Positions 18,011 through 29,092 are shown, numbered from the stretch's first letter. The stretch: DNA of 60,852 bases from Candidatus Zambryskibacteria bacterium RIFCSPLOWO2_02_FULL_39_26 (GCA_001825395.1 MHWN01000025.1:1-60852), one strand, 5' to 3'. Numbers and translations are program-made. Notes: generated by a model from the sequence alone, not told the origin.

Positions 18011-21000
18011 CAAGAACCTGTTTCTGTCTTCGTATACTGCTGGTCTATTGGCTCTCATATCTTCAATCATTTTTGCCTTTTTGCTGTTTTTAAAACCGGT
18101 ACCTGCCGGAATAAGCCTTCCCAAAATAACGTTTTCCATAAGTCCTACCAATTCGTCTGCGTTCCCTCGAATAGCGCTTGAAATAAGCATTCTGGTTGTA
18201 TGTTGGAATGACGCTGCAGCAAGGAAACTCTTTCGTGAAAGCGAGACATCGGTAATACCCATAACAACCCCTTCCGATTTTGCCTCTTCCTTACCAAGTG
18301 CTTTTACTCTAGTATTTTCCTCTGCCAAGAAAGAAAGTTCAACTAAATCCCCTTCCAAAAAGATTGTATCTCCCGGATTTTTAATTTTCCTTCTGGAGAA
18401 CATTTGTCTCACAATTGTTTCAATGTGTTTTCGAGAGACAGTTTCTCCTTGAAGTTCATATGGTTTGTTAATCTCGTGGATAATATAGTCAATGGTTTTG
18501 TTTCTTCCAGCATATTTAAACAGTTCATCTATGTCTGCCGAACCATCTGTTATAATATCTCCCTTCTTGACCTCATCTCCGACTTTAACCAATATTGAAC
18601 GATTTAAAGAAATGGGATATTCAACCATCCCCTTTGATTTTGTTCTGTCCTCAAGATTCGGAGTGATTTTAATAATTTTTTCTTTATCATTTTGTATTAT
18701 CTCTGAAACAGTGCCCCCGACTCCACAGACAACAGCTGGATTTTTTGGTTTTCTTTTTTCAAACAATTCTTCAACTCGAGGAAGACCGGACACGATGTCC
18801 CCCGAGACAGAAGCCGTACCTCCGGCGTGGAATGTTCTCATTGTAAGCTGTGTGCCCGGCTCACCGATAGCTTGTCCTGCCACTGTTCCTACCGCCTCGC
18901 CAAGCTCAACAACTTTATTTTTTCCAAGATCAACTCCGTAGCATTTAACACAAATACCGTTTAAAGTCTTGCATGACAGTGGCGATCTGACACTGACGGA
19001 TGTTACTCCGGAAGTTTCAATGAGCTGTGCGTCCTTTTTATTAATAAGAGAATCTTTCTTAAACATCACCGCACCATCTGGGGCGATCACGTCGGCAGAC
19101 AGAAACCGGCCTTTGATGTGTTTGGCTATTGAAGTTTCGATTCCGGCAATGGCGTGCTTGTCAATAATCACTCCTTCCTTTGTGCCGCAATCATCTTCAG
19201 TAATAATCGTGTCTTGGGCCACAACGAACATTTTTCGAGTCAAGTATCCGGATTTGGCCGTGTTTAGGGCTGTGTCAGTAAGACCTTTTCTGGCTCCGTG
19301 AGTAGTGATGAAATACTCAAGTGGCGTCAGACCTTCCTTTGAACAAGAAATAATCGGGAATTCAATGGTTTCTCCGGCTGTATTAGTGATAAGCCCCTTC
19401 ATTCCGGCCATTTGAGTAATATTTGACATAGAACCTCTGGCTTTTGAAAAAACCATGTCGCTTACCGGTCCATTTTTGGGAAGGGTGGACGGCATCAGTT
19501 TTTCAAGTTCGGCTTTTGCTCCAAGCCAAACTTCCATGTTTTGTCGAAGTCTTTCCTCCTTTGAAATAAGGCCGGAGTTGAAATGGCTCATTATGGCATC
19601 GGCCTTTTTCTTGGCCACAGAAACGAGGTTTTTCTTGCCTTCTGGAATCAAGATATCATCCAAGCCCCAGGTAATACCCGAATGAGTGGCGTATCTAAAA
19701 CCGAAAGTTTTGATTTTATCAATAATTTTAGGAACATTTTCTATGCCATATTTTTCAATAAGATCGTCAACCAAACTTGAAATTCTGTCACGATTTATCT
19801 CGCTGTTTATGAACGGATAATCTCTCGGGAGAATGGAGTTAAAAAGAAGTCGGCCAACAGTCGTTTCAAAAATCTTGTCTTCAAATTGCTTGTATTTAAC
19901 TGAACTTGGAGGTAAAACTTTGATTTTAGCCCTAAACGAAACCGCTCCCAAGTCGTAAGAGGTTATAGCCGGATTAGGACTGGAGAAAAATTTTCCTTCG
20001 CCTTTTTCGCCGGGAATTTCTTTGGTCATCCAGTAGCAGCCCAAAACAATGTCCAGCATTTTAGCCGACACTGTTGGATCTCCGGAACCGGGCTTGAGAA
20101 TATTTTTATCCGAAGCCATTATTTCTCTGGCTTCAAGTTGGGCTTCATCGGAGAGTGGCACGTGAACGGCCATTTGGTCGCCGTCAAAATCTGCGTTGAA
20201 AGCCGAGCAGACAAGCGGATGTAGTTGGATGGCATTGCCTTCGATAAGTACCGGTTTGAAAGCCTGAATGCCAAGCCTGTGGAGAGTTGGGGCCCGATTT
20301 AGAAGAACAAATCTGTCGGAAATAACTTCTTCCAAAATTGCCCAAACTTCAGGAATGCCGTCTTCAATTAACTTAGAAGCTCCGCGAATGTTATAGGCCA
20401 ACTCTTTTTTTAGTAGATCTGAAATAACAAATGGTTTGAAAAGCTCCAAAACCATGTGTTTTGGAAGGCCACACTGATTCAAGTCAAGATCGGGACCAAC
20501 CACAATAACTGATCGTCCGGAGTAATCCACTCTTTTACCTAAAAGGTTTTGTCTGAAAATGCCTCGCTTACCCTTCAAGTTGTCTGCTAAAGATTTTAAG
20601 GGTCGCCTTTGGGATTGGTTGACTGCGCCAGAGGCTCCGCCGTGTCTTACTGTGTTGTCTATCAAAGCATCTACCGCTTCTTGAAGAATTCTTTTTTCGT
20701 TTCGCAAAATAACATCTGGAGCGTGAATTTCTTTCAATTTTTTCAATCGATTATTTCTGTTTATCACTCGCCTGTATAAGTCGTTGACATCGGAAGTGGC
20801 GTATCTCCCTCCATCAAGCGGAACCATCGGGCGAAGAGCTGGGGGTATGACTGGAATATGAGTCAGAAACATCCATTCAGGCCGAATGTTTGAATTTATC
20901 ATGGCTGAAACAACACCGATTCTTTTGTTTATCTTGCCAGTTTCCAGACTACTAGCCTCTTTTAGCTCTGCCCGAAGTTGTAATAATAACTTACTAAGAT

Positions 21001-21682
21001 CAATTTTTTTGAAAATATTATAGATTGCTTCAGCGCCGATATTGGCCTCAAACATAGTGCCGTACTTCATTCCAAAGTTGTAATATTCCACTTCATCCAA
21101 AACTCTACCTTCTTGGATAGATTCTATTTCTCGCTTGGCGTTAAGGAGCATTTCTTTCACCGCTTCTTTTGTCTTGTTGTCTTGAAGAGATTTGATTTTG
21201 GCTTTATATTCGGAATCCAAATCTTTCAGAAATTTAATGCGATCCTCTTCGGAAACTTTGGTAATAATATATCCAGCAAAATAAATGACCTTTTCCAAAT
21301 CAGCCGTTGGAATACCCAGAATCAGACCAATACGACTTGGCATGGATTTCAAAAACCATATATGAGAAACAACGGTAGCCAGTTCAATATGACCCATTCT
21401 CTCGCGACGAACTATGGAACGAGTTATTTCCACCCCACATTTTTCACAAACAATTCCCTTATATCTTATACCGCGATATTTTCCACAGTAACATTCGTAG
21501 TCTTTGTCGGGCCCGAAAATTTTTTCGTCAAAAAGGCCGTTTTTCTCCGACCTTTGAGTACGATAGTTTATGGTTTCAGGTTTTGTAACTTCACCAAATG
21601 ACCACTCTTTTATTCGTTCCGGTGAGGCTATTTTCAGAGCTATGGTTTCAATATTTGAATCTGGGGTTAGTCTTGTTCTCAT
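18008..21682 (-). CDS. rpoC: DNA-directed RNA polymerase subunit beta-prime
   Basis: NADFDGDQM catalytic motif, zinc-binding CxCGKY...C..C, 1224 aa. Confidence 0.98.
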   Translation of the reverse strand: MRTRLTPDSNIETIALKIASPERIKEWSFGEVTKPETINYRTQRSEKNGLFDEKIFGPDKDYECYCGKYRGIRYKGIVCEKCGVEITRSIVRRERMGHIELATVVSHIWFLKSMPSRIGLILGIPTADLEKVIYFAGYIITKVSEEDRIKFLKDLDSEYKAKIKSLQDNKTKEAVKEMLLNAKREIESIQEGRVLDEVEYYNFGMKYGTMFEANIGAEAIYNIFKKIDLSKLLLQLRAELKEASSLETGKINKRIGVVSAMINSNIRPEWMFLTHIPVIPPALRPMVPLDGGRYATSDVNDLYRRVINRNNRLKKLKEIHAPDVILRNEKRILQEAVDALIDNTVRHGGASGAVNQSQRRPLKSLADNLKGKRGIFRQNLLGKRVDYSGRSVIVVGPDLDLNQCGLPKHMVLELFKPFVISDLLKKELAYNIRGASKLIEDGIPEVWAILEEVISDRFVLLNRAPTLHRLGIQAFKPVLIEGNAIQLHPLVCSAFNADFDGDQMAVHVPLSDEAQLEAREIMASDKNILKPGSGDPTVSAKMLDIVLGCYWMTKEIPGEKGEGKFFSSPNPAITSYDLGAVSFRAKIKVLPPSSVKYKQFEDKIFETTVGRLLFNSILPRDYPFINSEINRDRISSLVDDLIEKYGIENVPKIIDKIKTFGFRYATHSGITWGLDDILIPEGKKNLVSVAKKKADAIMSHFNSGLISKEERLRQNMEVWLGAKAELEKLMPSTLPKNGPVSDMVFSKARGSMSNITQMAGMKGLITNTAGETIEFPIISCSKEGLTPLEYFITTHGARKGLTDTALNTAKSGYLTRKMFVVAQDTIITEDDCGTKEGVIIDKHAIAGIETSIAKHIKGRFLSADVIAPDGAVMFKKDSLINKKDAQLIETSGVTSVSVRSPLSCKTLNGICVKCYGVDLGKNKVVELGEAVGTVAGQAIGEPGTQLTMRTFHAGGTASVSGDIVSGLPRVEELFEKRKPKNPAVVCGVGGTVSEIIQNDKEKIIKITPNLEDRTKSKGMVEYPISLNRSILVKVGDEVKKGDIITDGSADIDELFKYAGRNKTIDYIIHEINKPYELQGETVSRKHIETIVRQMFSRRKIKNPGDTIFLEGDLVELSFLAEENTRVKALGKEEAKSEGVVMGITDVSLSRKSFLAAASFQHTTRMLISSAIRGNADELVGLMENVILGRLIPAGTGFKNSKKAKMIEDMRANRPAVYEDRNRFL

Positions 21683-21690
21683 GGTTTTGA

Positions 21691-24600
21691 TTAGTTTAAT
21701 TGGACTTTTTCCACTTTCATTTCTTTCGACCCTTTTTTTATTTGAACATCCAAGGCCAATCCTCGCAAATTGTTTAGCAAGACATTGAACGAAGCCGGGG
21801 TGTTTAACTGGGTTATCGGCAATCCCTTGACTATGGCGTCAAATGCCGCTGATCTTCCTATAATATCGTCTGACTTTATGGTAAGAATTTCTTGCAAGGT
21901 ATGAGCGGCGCCGTGTCCCAGAAGGGCCCAGACTTCCATTTCTCCAAACCTCTGACCTCCGTTTTGAGCTTTTCCTCCAAGTGGTTGCTGGGTAATGAGA
22001 GAGTACGGACCGATAGATCGCATGTGGATTTTATCTTCAACCATGTGGTGCAGTTTCATTATGTACATATAGCCTACGGCCACTTCTTGCTCAAAAACTT
22101 CTCCTGTCCGCCCGTCAAAAAGTTTCATTTTCCCTGATTCAGAAAATCCTGCCTTTTTTAATTCTTCCTTTATTTCCTCACCGGTAGCTCCAGCGAAGGG
22201 CGGCACGATGGCCTGGTAACCCAAAGTGTGAGCGGCAAGCCCTAAATGAAGTTCTAATATTTGCCCCAGATTCATTCGGCTTGGCACGCCAAGCGGAGTA
22301 AGAATAATGTCAATTGGTCTGCCGTCCGCCATATATGGCATATCTTCTTCGGGAAGAATTTTTGAAATAACTCCTTTATTCCCGTGTCTTCCGGCAAGTT
22401 TGTCTCCAACCGAAACGTTTCGAAGTTGAGCCACTTCAATATGAATTCTTTTTATAATGCCGGAATCCAGTTTATCTCCCTTCTCTCTTGAGAAAATTTG
22501 AACTTTTATAATCCGACCTCTTTTGCCTCCTTCCATTCTTTTTGACGTATCTTTGACATCATGGGCTTTTTCACCGAAGAGCGAGCGCAGTAGTCTTTCT
22601 TCCGGAGTAAGTTGGGTTTCGCCTTTTGGAGTAATTTTGCCGACCAAAATATCCCCCGGCCGGACTTCGGCCCCGACCAAAACAATGCCGTCTTCGGCCA
22701 AGTTTTTCAGTTTAACCTCGCCAACATTTGGAATATCACAAGTGGTAACTTCCGGCCCAAGTTTTGTATCACGAACATTAACAATAAACTCTTCTATGTG
22801 AATTGAAGTGAATTTGCTCTCTTTGACCACTCTTTCGGAAAGAATGATGGCATCTTCATAGTTGGATCCCGACCAAGACATAAAAGCCACTAGTATATTT
22901 TGGCCGGTAGCTGATTGACCACCTTTACTGGCGCTGGTATCAGCCAAGATAGAACCCTTTTTAACCTTGTCTCCGATATTAACAATCGGTCTTTGGTGAA
23001 ATACCGTAAAACCGTTGGTTCTAGAAAATTTTATAAGATTATATCCCGTTTCTTTTCCTTTGCTGTTTTTGACAGAAATTTTTATCCCGTCAGAATGTGT
23101 TACTACCCCGTCTTCCTTGGCAAAAACCAGCCTGCCCGTGTCTTTAAGGGCGTCCGCCTCCATGCCGGTGGCTACAAGCGGAACCTCTGGAATAATGCAA
23201 GGCGTGGCTTGCCTTTGCATGTTGGAAGCCATGAGAGCTCTGCTGGCCTCGTCATGATTTAGAAAAGGAATCATTGAAGTGGCTATTGAAAATGCTTGAT
23301 TGGTTGCCACATCAATGAAGTCAACTTTGTCGCGTGAGATGGTGCTAGGATTTCCTTCTATTCTAATTTCTACATCTTCCACCGTTATTTTTCCATCAGC
23401 GTCCACCGGGGTAGCAGCGTGAGCAATGGCATAACTTTCTTCTTCGGAGGCATTGAGATATTGAATCTCGCCGGTAACTTTTCCATTTTTCACTTTTGAG
23501 TAAGGAGTTTCAATCATGCCAAAACTGTTTATTCTGGCGTATATAGCCAGACGCAAGACCAAACCGATATTCGGGCCTTCTGGAGTGTGAATCGGACAAA
23601 GCCTGCCATAGTGGGAAGTGTGAACGTCCCGAACTTCAAAGCCGGCTCGCGTTCGGTTCAGTCCTCCCGGACCAAGAGCGGAAAGGGTGCGCAGATTTTC
23701 AATTTCGGCAAGAGGATTTTCCTGGGTCATAAATTGAGAAAGCTGATTAGTGGTGAAGAATTCTTTGATTCTGGCTTGAAGAGGCTTGGGTGAGATGAAT
23801 TGCACGGGAAGGGTAACGTCGGTATCAATGGTGGACATTCTATTTTGAATATTTCTCTTGATTTGGGCCATGCCAGTACGAATTTTTTGTTGGAAAAGTT
23901 CTCCGACGAAACGCACCCGCCTGGAGCCCAAATGGTCAATGTCGTCAGGCAAAGCCTGCGGAGTGTTATTGAGAAGGGTTATATTTGAAATAATGGTTAC
24001 AATATCATCGAGCGATATTGTCTTTCTTTTTAGTTCCACCCCTTCCAATTTTTTGTTAAAACGCTTGTTAAATCTATAGCGTCCGACGGGAGATAGATCG
24101 TAACGCTCCTCGTCAAATATGGAGGAGATGAATTCTCGGGCGTTTTCTGCCGTAGCCAAATCCCCATCCCGAAGTTTTTTGTGAATTTCTATAAAAGCTT
24201 CATCAATTGACTTGCCGTGATCTTTTAGAAGTGTTTTTTCTATTGAAGCCAAAGCAAATTTGTCGCCGGCAAAAAGTTTTTTTACGGCTTCGTCGTCTTT
24301 TGCCCCCAGAACACGGAGAAGAGTGGTAACCGCAAATTTTCTTTTTCTGTCTATTCTGACGAAAATGACGCCGTCCATATCCGATTCAATTTCAATCCAA
24401 GCTCCGCGGGATGGGATAATTTTGGCCCCAAAAAGCTGGCGGCCTCTGGTTTCAGAACAAGTAAAAAAGACTCCGTAAGAGCGGGCCAGTTGCGGAACTA
24501 TCACTCTTTCAATGCCGGAAATTATAAATGTTCCATGAGAGGTCATTAGCGGAAAATCAGCCATAAAGATTTCCTGCTCTTTTTCTGTTCCTAGTATGTG

Positions 24601-24891
24601 ATTTTTTAACTTCACTTTGACCTTAAGTGGGGCTTCATAAGAAAGTTTATTATCTTTGGCATAGTATTCATCATACTTGGCCTCAGCCAATTCAAAACCG
24701 GTAAAGTCTAGTGTAAACTTTTTTTCTGAATAATCTTTTATTGAGGAAAACTCATCAAAGACTTCTTTGAGACCCTTTTCAATAAGCCATTTGAAAGAAT
24801 CGAGTTGCGGCTCAACAAAATTCGGAGTCGGAACCAGTGGTCGCTTAAAGCGACTAAAAAACTTCTGTGGCTTGTCAACAGTTGTATGCAT
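21691..24891 (-). CDS. rpoB: DNA-directed RNA polymerase subunit beta
   Basis: Conserved RpoB blocks (GRHGNKGV, FGEMEVWAL), 1066 aa, immediately upstream of rpoC. Confidence 0.98.
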   Translation of the reverse strand: MHTTVDKPQKFFSRFKRPLVPTPNFVEPQLDSFKWLIEKGLKEVFDEFSSIKDYSEKKFTLDFTGFELAEAKYDEYYAKDNKLSYEAPLKVKVKLKNHILGTEKEQEIFMADFPLMTSHGTFIISGIERVIVPQLARSYGVFFTCSETRGRQLFGAKIIPSRGAWIEIESDMDGVIFVRIDRKRKFAVTTLLRVLGAKDDEAVKKLFAGDKFALASIEKTLLKDHGKSIDEAFIEIHKKLRDGDLATAENAREFISSIFDEERYDLSPVGRYRFNKRFNKKLEGVELKRKTISLDDIVTIISNITLLNNTPQALPDDIDHLGSRRVRFVGELFQQKIRTGMAQIKRNIQNRMSTIDTDVTLPVQFISPKPLQARIKEFFTTNQLSQFMTQENPLAEIENLRTLSALGPGGLNRTRAGFEVRDVHTSHYGRLCPIHTPEGPNIGLVLRLAIYARINSFGMIETPYSKVKNGKVTGEIQYLNASEEESYAIAHAATPVDADGKITVEDVEIRIEGNPSTISRDKVDFIDVATNQAFSIATSMIPFLNHDEASRALMASNMQRQATPCIIPEVPLVATGMEADALKDTGRLVFAKEDGVVTHSDGIKISVKNSKGKETGYNLIKFSRTNGFTVFHQRPIVNIGDKVKKGSILADTSASKGGQSATGQNILVAFMSWSGSNYEDAIILSERVVKESKFTSIHIEEFIVNVRDTKLGPEVTTCDIPNVGEVKLKNLAEDGIVLVGAEVRPGDILVGKITPKGETQLTPEERLLRSLFGEKAHDVKDTSKRMEGGKRGRIIKVQIFSREKGDKLDSGIIKRIHIEVAQLRNVSVGDKLAGRHGNKGVISKILPEEDMPYMADGRPIDIILTPLGVPSRMNLGQILELHLGLAAHTLGYQAIVPPFAGATGEEIKEELKKAGFSESGKMKLFDGRTGEVFEQEVAVGYMYIMKLHHMVEDKIHMRSIGPYSLITQQPLGGKAQNGGQRFGEMEVWALLGHGAAHTLQEILTIKSDDIIGRSAAFDAIVKGLPITQLNTPASFNVLLNNLRGLALDVQIKKGSKEMKVEKVQLN

Positions 24892-24927
24892 AGATAAAAA
24901 AGTTTGTACTTAACCCTTAATAAAAAT

Positions 24928-25068
24928 AAATCCGCACACTAATTCTGTCATCATTCTGTTTTTCTGAAATATTCTCATCAATTATCTTAACATTCCTATG
25001 ATAATCTTTTTCTTTTGATTTCGTAAACCGGAATATAAAAACAATGACAGAATTAGTGTGCGGATAAA
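24928..25068. repeat. MITE-like element with 22-bp perfect terminal inverted repeats, copy 1
   Basis: atccgcacactaattctgtcat (24930-24951) and atgacagaattagtgtgcggat (25044-25065). The same TIR family occurs at 57806..57950. Confidence 0.8.
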
Positions 25069-25285
25069 CACAAACAAAAGTAAGCCCCTCCCCTTTTTCA
25101 GGGCTTACTTTTTAAGCTTAATTTGTTAACGATTTAAAAACAAAATAGTGGAACCAGTTAACCGTGTAATTCCATCACTTCTTACCAAAACTCAATCATG
25201 TGAAGTAGGTGAAGTATAAGTCAAGTAGGTATAGCTTGTCAACCACAATGTCAATTAACTTATCCACATCTTAATAAGACTATAT

Positions 25286-25540
25286 TTATAGCCCTTTAAT
25301 ATCAAAAACCTTTATCTTGGAAGATGCTCCTCTGACCAATCTGATTTCGGAAAGGGGTACAGAAAAATGTTTTGCCAGGATTTTTAGAATGGCCTCATTG
25401 GCTTTTCCTTGAGTCGGCGGCTCTTTGACTGACACGGCAAAATACTCTTTTTCTTGCTCTCCCCTTTCCAAAAGTCTAAGTGGAGGTGGAATTACCTTAT
25501 TTTCTCTGGCGCCAGCTTTGACTTTAACAAATATCATCAT
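25286..25540 (-). CDS. DUF167 (YggU-like) protein
   Basis: VSVKEPPTQGKANEAILKILAKHF...RLVRGASSKIKVFDI. Confidence 0.8.
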   Translation of the reverse strand: MMIFVKVKAGARENKVIPPPLRLLERGEQEKEYFAVSVKEPPTQGKANEAILKILAKHFSVPLSEIRLVRGASSKIKVFDIKGL

Positions 25541-25603
25541 AAGTTATTTAACTGCTTTATTATACCCTTCCTTTTTTAAAATTTCCATTTTTCTAAAGCC
25601 ATT

Positions 25604-26137
25604 TTATTTATTTTCCAAAACAAACCGATGTAATTTTTTTGACCAAACAGGACCGCTATAATCTATACCCACCCTCGGTGTTTTGGTTATTTTCAGTTTG
25701 TTTTTTACTTTTCGGTTATTCCAATCTTCAACCCACAGTCCGACTTTCTTTCCCAGTATTTTCCCATTGAGTTTTCTGTCTATTTTAAGACTTTTAGTCA
25801 CTCTTCCGGGACCATGAAAACCGTCTGCGCCGCGGATCAAAACTGCAGAAGGACGACCCTTCTTGCCACAAACTATATTGAGCATCCAGTGCATGCCGTA
25901 GGTAAAGTAAACATATATGGTTCCCGGTTCGCCAAACATCGGAGTATTCCTCTCGGTTTTTCCATGCCTGGCGTGAGAAGCTCTATCTTTCGAATCTCCG
26001 TAACTTTCCGTTTCTGTGATTTTATAAAACTTTTTTATCCCTTTAATCTCCCTTACCAAATACTTTCCAATAAGATCGCGCGCCACAACCACCGGATTCC
26101 TGTCAAAAAAACTCCGCTTTAAAAATTGTCTTGCCAT
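25604..26137 (-). CDS. mpg: DNA-3-methyladenine glycosylase (Mpg/AAG family)
   Basis: FFDRNPVVVARDLIGKYLV, ITETESY and YFTYGMHWMLNIV. Confidence 0.9.
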   Translation of the reverse strand: MARQFLKRSFFDRNPVVVARDLIGKYLVREIKGIKKFYKITETESYGDSKDRASHARHGKTERNTPMFGEPGTIYVYFTYGMHWMLNIVCGKKGRPSAVLIRGADGFHGPGRVTKSLKIDRKLNGKILGKKVGLWVEDWNNRKVKNKLKITKTPRVGIDYSGPVWSKKLHRFVLENK

Positions 26138-26719
26138 TTAGTATTTTCGGATGACGCCACGAACAATGGCGGCCACCTTTAGATCGTATTGCGGATAAAT
26201 TGGTGAGTAATTCCTATTAGCCGCTTTTAGGTAAATCAGGTTGCCTTTCTTTTTGAAATATTTCATGGTCCAACCGCCATCCACCTCGGCAATGACAATG
26301 TCGCCATCTTTCGGATCACCCCGTCTTTCGGCCAAAACCAAATCCCCTTCTCTTATGCCCTCGTCTATCATTGAATCGCCCTTCACTTCCAAAAGATAAG
26401 TCGGACTTTTCTTATCTCCGAGCATATATTCGTCCAGACTCAAAAACTTGGAATTATCCTCCTCAACAGAAGTTGGTATTCCGGCCTCAACCAGCCCCAA
26501 GAGTGGAACCTGACCGAAAATTTTCATCGGAGTCAGCCGGCCATTTGAATCCTTGTCAATTATCTCGTCATCAACCATTTTGTTTATTAGTTTGTAAACG
26601 GCGTTTTTGGATTTGAATCCAACAAGGGTCATGATTTCCTTGTATCCGGGCATCCGTCTGTTTTTGCGATAAAAATCCAGAATTTTGTTTTTATATTTTG
26701 TATATTTTTCATCGTACAT
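26138..26719 (-). CDS. lexA: LexA repressor (S24 peptidase)
   Basis: N-terminal wHTH, VKGDSMIDEGI (Ser) and YLKAANRNY (Lys) catalytic dyad regions. Confidence 0.9.
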   Translation of the reverse strand: MYDEKYTKYKNKILDFYRKNRRMPGYKEIMTLVGFKSKNAVYKLINKMVDDEIIDKDSNGRLTPMKIFGQVPLLGLVEAGIPTSVEEDNSKFLSLDEYMLGDKKSPTYLLEVKGDSMIDEGIREGDLVLAERRGDPKDGDIVIAEVDGGWTMKYFKKKGNLIYLKAANRNYSPIYPQYDLKVAAIVRGVIRKY

Positions 26720-26724
26720 AAATT

Positions 26725-26916
26725 TTAAGTTATGAAACTAAATGAACGACTGAACCAACCGGAGTTTTGCCTCATTCTGCGAATGGAAGAGAGGATGTAT
26801 TTGTGTCTTCTAGCTTCCCTTGCGTATGAAAAACCCCGAACAATTTTTTGATCAATGATTTCGTTTAATAAAATCAACTCTCTTTTTAAGGCTTTTTCTA
26901 AATTTTGTTTTGTCAT
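26725..26916 (-). CDS. Hypothetical small helical protein, likely co-transcribed upstream of lexA
   Basis: 63-aa ORF ending 5 nt before the lexA start. No recognisable motif. Confidence 0.4.
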   Translation of the reverse strand: MTKQNLEKALKRELILLNEIIDQKIVRGFSYAREARRHKYILSSIRRMRQNSGWFSRSFSFIT

Positions 26917-26970
26917 ATATTTTTAAATTAAACCCAATAATTTGTACTTTTTTGTATACAAATATTATAA

Positions 26971-26986
26971 GTGAACCACAGTTCAC
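26971..26986. promoter_or_regulatory. Candidate LexA (SOS) box GTGAAC-N4-GTTCAC
   Basis: Perfect palindrome containing the GAAC-N4-GTTC core of the Gram-positive Cheo box. Lies in the divergent region between the lexA operon and thrS. Confidence 0.5.
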
Positions 26987-27066
26987 CAGTCAATATCCTG
27001 CCTGTGGATAAGTCCAGCACATCTCCCTTATATAGCAAAATTAAGGAAAAGTGATATGCTATACAA

Positions 27067-28326
27067 ATGGAAAAAGCAAATGAAAATGACAACGACCTAA
27101 GTAAAAACGACCATAGAGTTATAGGCAAGGAGCTGGGACTTTTCACCTTCTCTGACGTAGTCGGTAAGGGCCTGCCCCTCTACACCGACAAGGGCGCTAC
27201 TATAAGACGCGAGCTTGAGAGATTTATTGTGGATGAGGAAATCAGACGCGGTTACAAGCACGTTTCCACTCCCGATCTTGCCAAATTGGATTTGTACAAA
27301 AAATCCGGCCACTACCCTTACTACAAAGACACCATGTACGCGCCGATTGTTATTGACGATGAGGAGTTTATGCTCCGACCGATGACTTGCCCTCATCACT
27401 ACGAACTTTACCTTTCCAAGCCACACTCTTACAGAGAACTGCCGATGCGCATAGCCGAGCTAGCCAAGCTCTACAGATATGAAGCTTCGGGGAATTTGGC
27501 TGGACTTGTACGTGTCAGATCATTCTGTCTGGCTGATGCTCATATAATATGTGCAACGAACGAACAAGCTGGGGGAGAAATTCTTAAAGCTTTGGATCTT
27601 ATCACTTACGTTGCGGAAATCTTTGGTCTCAAGAAAGACGAGGACTTTTGGTACAGACTCTCAAAAGGAGACCGCGCTGACACAAAAAAATATCACAAAG
27701 ATGACAAGGCATGGGATGATGCGGAAGAACTTTTGCGAAAAGTTCTCAAGAGCCAGAAAGTAAAATTTACCGAGGCAGACAACGAAGCAACTTTCTATGG
27801 ACCAAAAATAGATGTTCAAATGAAAGATGTCCGGGGCCAGGAAAATACGGCCTTCACCGTCCAGTATGATTTTATCGCTCCAACTCGTTTTGAACTCTCC
27901 TACACTGACAAAGACGGTGCCGTTAAGCTTTGTAAAGCGATCATCCACCGTTCATCCATCGGAGCTATTGAAAGAATCATGGCCTTTCTTATTGAACACT
28001 ACGGAGGTGCTTTTCCTCTCTGGCTTTCCCCTATTCAAGTAAAAGCTATTCCTGTTCGTACAAATCATAATGAATATGCCGAAAAAATTCACAAAATGTT
28101 AATTGAGAACGGGATCCGTTCTGAAATTGCTCTGGAAGATGAAAACCTTGGCACAAAAGTACGCGACGCTAAAAATGACAAAATTCCGTATTGGATAGTA
28201 TTGGGCGATAAGGAAATGGAAAGTGGTAAAGTAACACTGGAATCTCGAGACCAAGGTCAATTCGGCCAAATATCAGTTGAAAAATTATTAGAAAAATTAA
28301 AAGTGGAAATCAAAAACAAATCTTAA
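27067..28326 (+). CDS. thrS: Threonyl-tRNA synthetase, catalytic and anticodon-binding domains only (no TGS or editing domains)
   Basis: Begins about 15 aa before DHRVIGKELGLF, the start of the class II core. 419 aa. Motifs 2 and 3 and the C-terminal ABD are present. Confidence 0.9.
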   Translation: MEKANENDNDLSKNDHRVIGKELGLFTFSDVVGKGLPLYTDKGATIRRELERFIVDEEIRRGYKHVSTPDLAKLDLYKKSGHYPYYKDTMYAPIVIDDEEFMLRPMTCPHHYELYLSKPHSYRELPMRIAELAKLYRYEASGNLAGLVRVRSFCLADAHIICATNEQAGGEILKALDLITYVAEIFGLKKDEDFWYRLSKGDRADTKKYHKDDKAWDDAEELLRKVLKSQKVKFTEADNEATFYGPKIDVQMKDVRGQENTAFTVQYDFIAPTRFELSYTDKDGAVKLCKAIIHRSSIGAIERIMAFLIEHYGGAFPLWLSPIQVKAIPVRTNHNEYAEKIHKMLIENGIRSEIALEDENLGTKVRDAKNDKIPYWIVLGDKEMESGKVTLESRDQGQFGQISVEKLLEKLKVEIKNKS

Positions 28327-28329
28327 CTA

Positions 28330-28370
28330 AAAAGTATTCTCATATTCTTGAGAATATGAGAATACTTTTT
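28330..28370 (+). terminator. thrS terminator
   Basis: Near-perfect palindrome aaaagtattctcatattc...gaatatgagaatactttt followed by a T-run. Confidence 0.75.
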
Positions 28371-28378
28371 AAAAACTT

Positions 28379-28753
28379 ATGAATACACACAAAAAATTAT
28401 ATAGAAGTAATGCAAATAAAGTCTTCGCTGGAGTAATCGGGGGAATTGGCGAGTATTTTGATGTTGATCCAACCATACTTCGACTTGTTTATGTTTTGAT
28501 AACGGTCATGACCGGTTTTTTGCCGGCTTTGGTTGCATACATCATCGCCTATTTTATAGTACCGGAAAAACCCCGCTACTTTAGTGATGCAACTTATTCA
28601 GAGAGACCAAAAGAAACCCCTAATCCTTCGAATGGGCAAGTAAAAAAACCAGAACCCAAAAAAGAAGAAGTAAAAAAGGAAGAACCTAAGAAAGAAGAAA
28701 TCAAAACTGAAGAGAAAGTAGAGGAAGTTAAAACAGAAAAATTAGATATATAA
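28379..28753 (+). CDS. PspC-domain membrane protein with a K/E-rich tail
   Basis: LYRSNANKVFAGVIGGIGEYFDVDPTILRL, then a TM helix and KKEE repeats. Confidence 0.85.
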   Translation: MNTHKKLYRSNANKVFAGVIGGIGEYFDVDPTILRLVYVLITVMTGFLPALVAYIIAYFIVPEKPRYFSDATYSERPKETPNPSNGQVKKPEPKKEEVKKEEPKKEEIKTEEKVEEVKTEKLDI

Positions 28754-28798
28754 TAAGTAAAATGCCCAGGACAGAATCCCGGGCATTAAGCCAGATCA

Positions 28799-29041
28799 TT
28801 ATCTTTTTCTGGCTATTGTTGCTGACCTCTCGACTAACAAGAAAAGGGCTAGAATTATCAAGAAGCCGCCGGCAAGCGTCATGGTCCCGCCCAAAAGTAT
28901 TTGAAACTTTTTAGGAAGACCAGTAACCATCATATCTCTAAAAAGCAACTGGTCTGCCGCTAACAGCAGTACAACAGCCATGAGAATATATACGACAATT
29001 GCTATTACCGCTTTGATACTGTTTTTCAATTTGACCTCCAT
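28799..29041 (-). CDS. Hypothetical small membrane protein
   Basis: 80 aa with two hydrophobic helices. Confidence 0.4.
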   Translation of the reverse strand: MEVKLKNSIKAVIAIVVYILMAVVLLLAADQLLFRDMMVTGLPKKFQILLGGTMTLAGGFLIILALFLLVERSATIARKR

Positions 29042-29092
29042 TCTTAATATACACTAAAAAATATTTATTGCAAATTAAAGAGAGTCTGGAAA

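Noticed and set aside
17976-18452. ORF 17976..18452 (+), and the many other ORFs antisense to rpoC, rpoB, gyrB, uvrD-like, rpsB, gap, nrdJ and uppP (for example 9454..9960 and 36572..37183).
   Set aside because: They lie entirely inside, and opposite to, strongly supported conserved genes, and they have low-complexity translations.
28620-28753. KKEE/KPEP periodicity at the 3-prime end of the pspC-domain gene as a tandem DNA repeat.
   Set aside because: It is a low-complexity coding tail. The units are short and imperfect, and there is no evidence of function at the DNA level.
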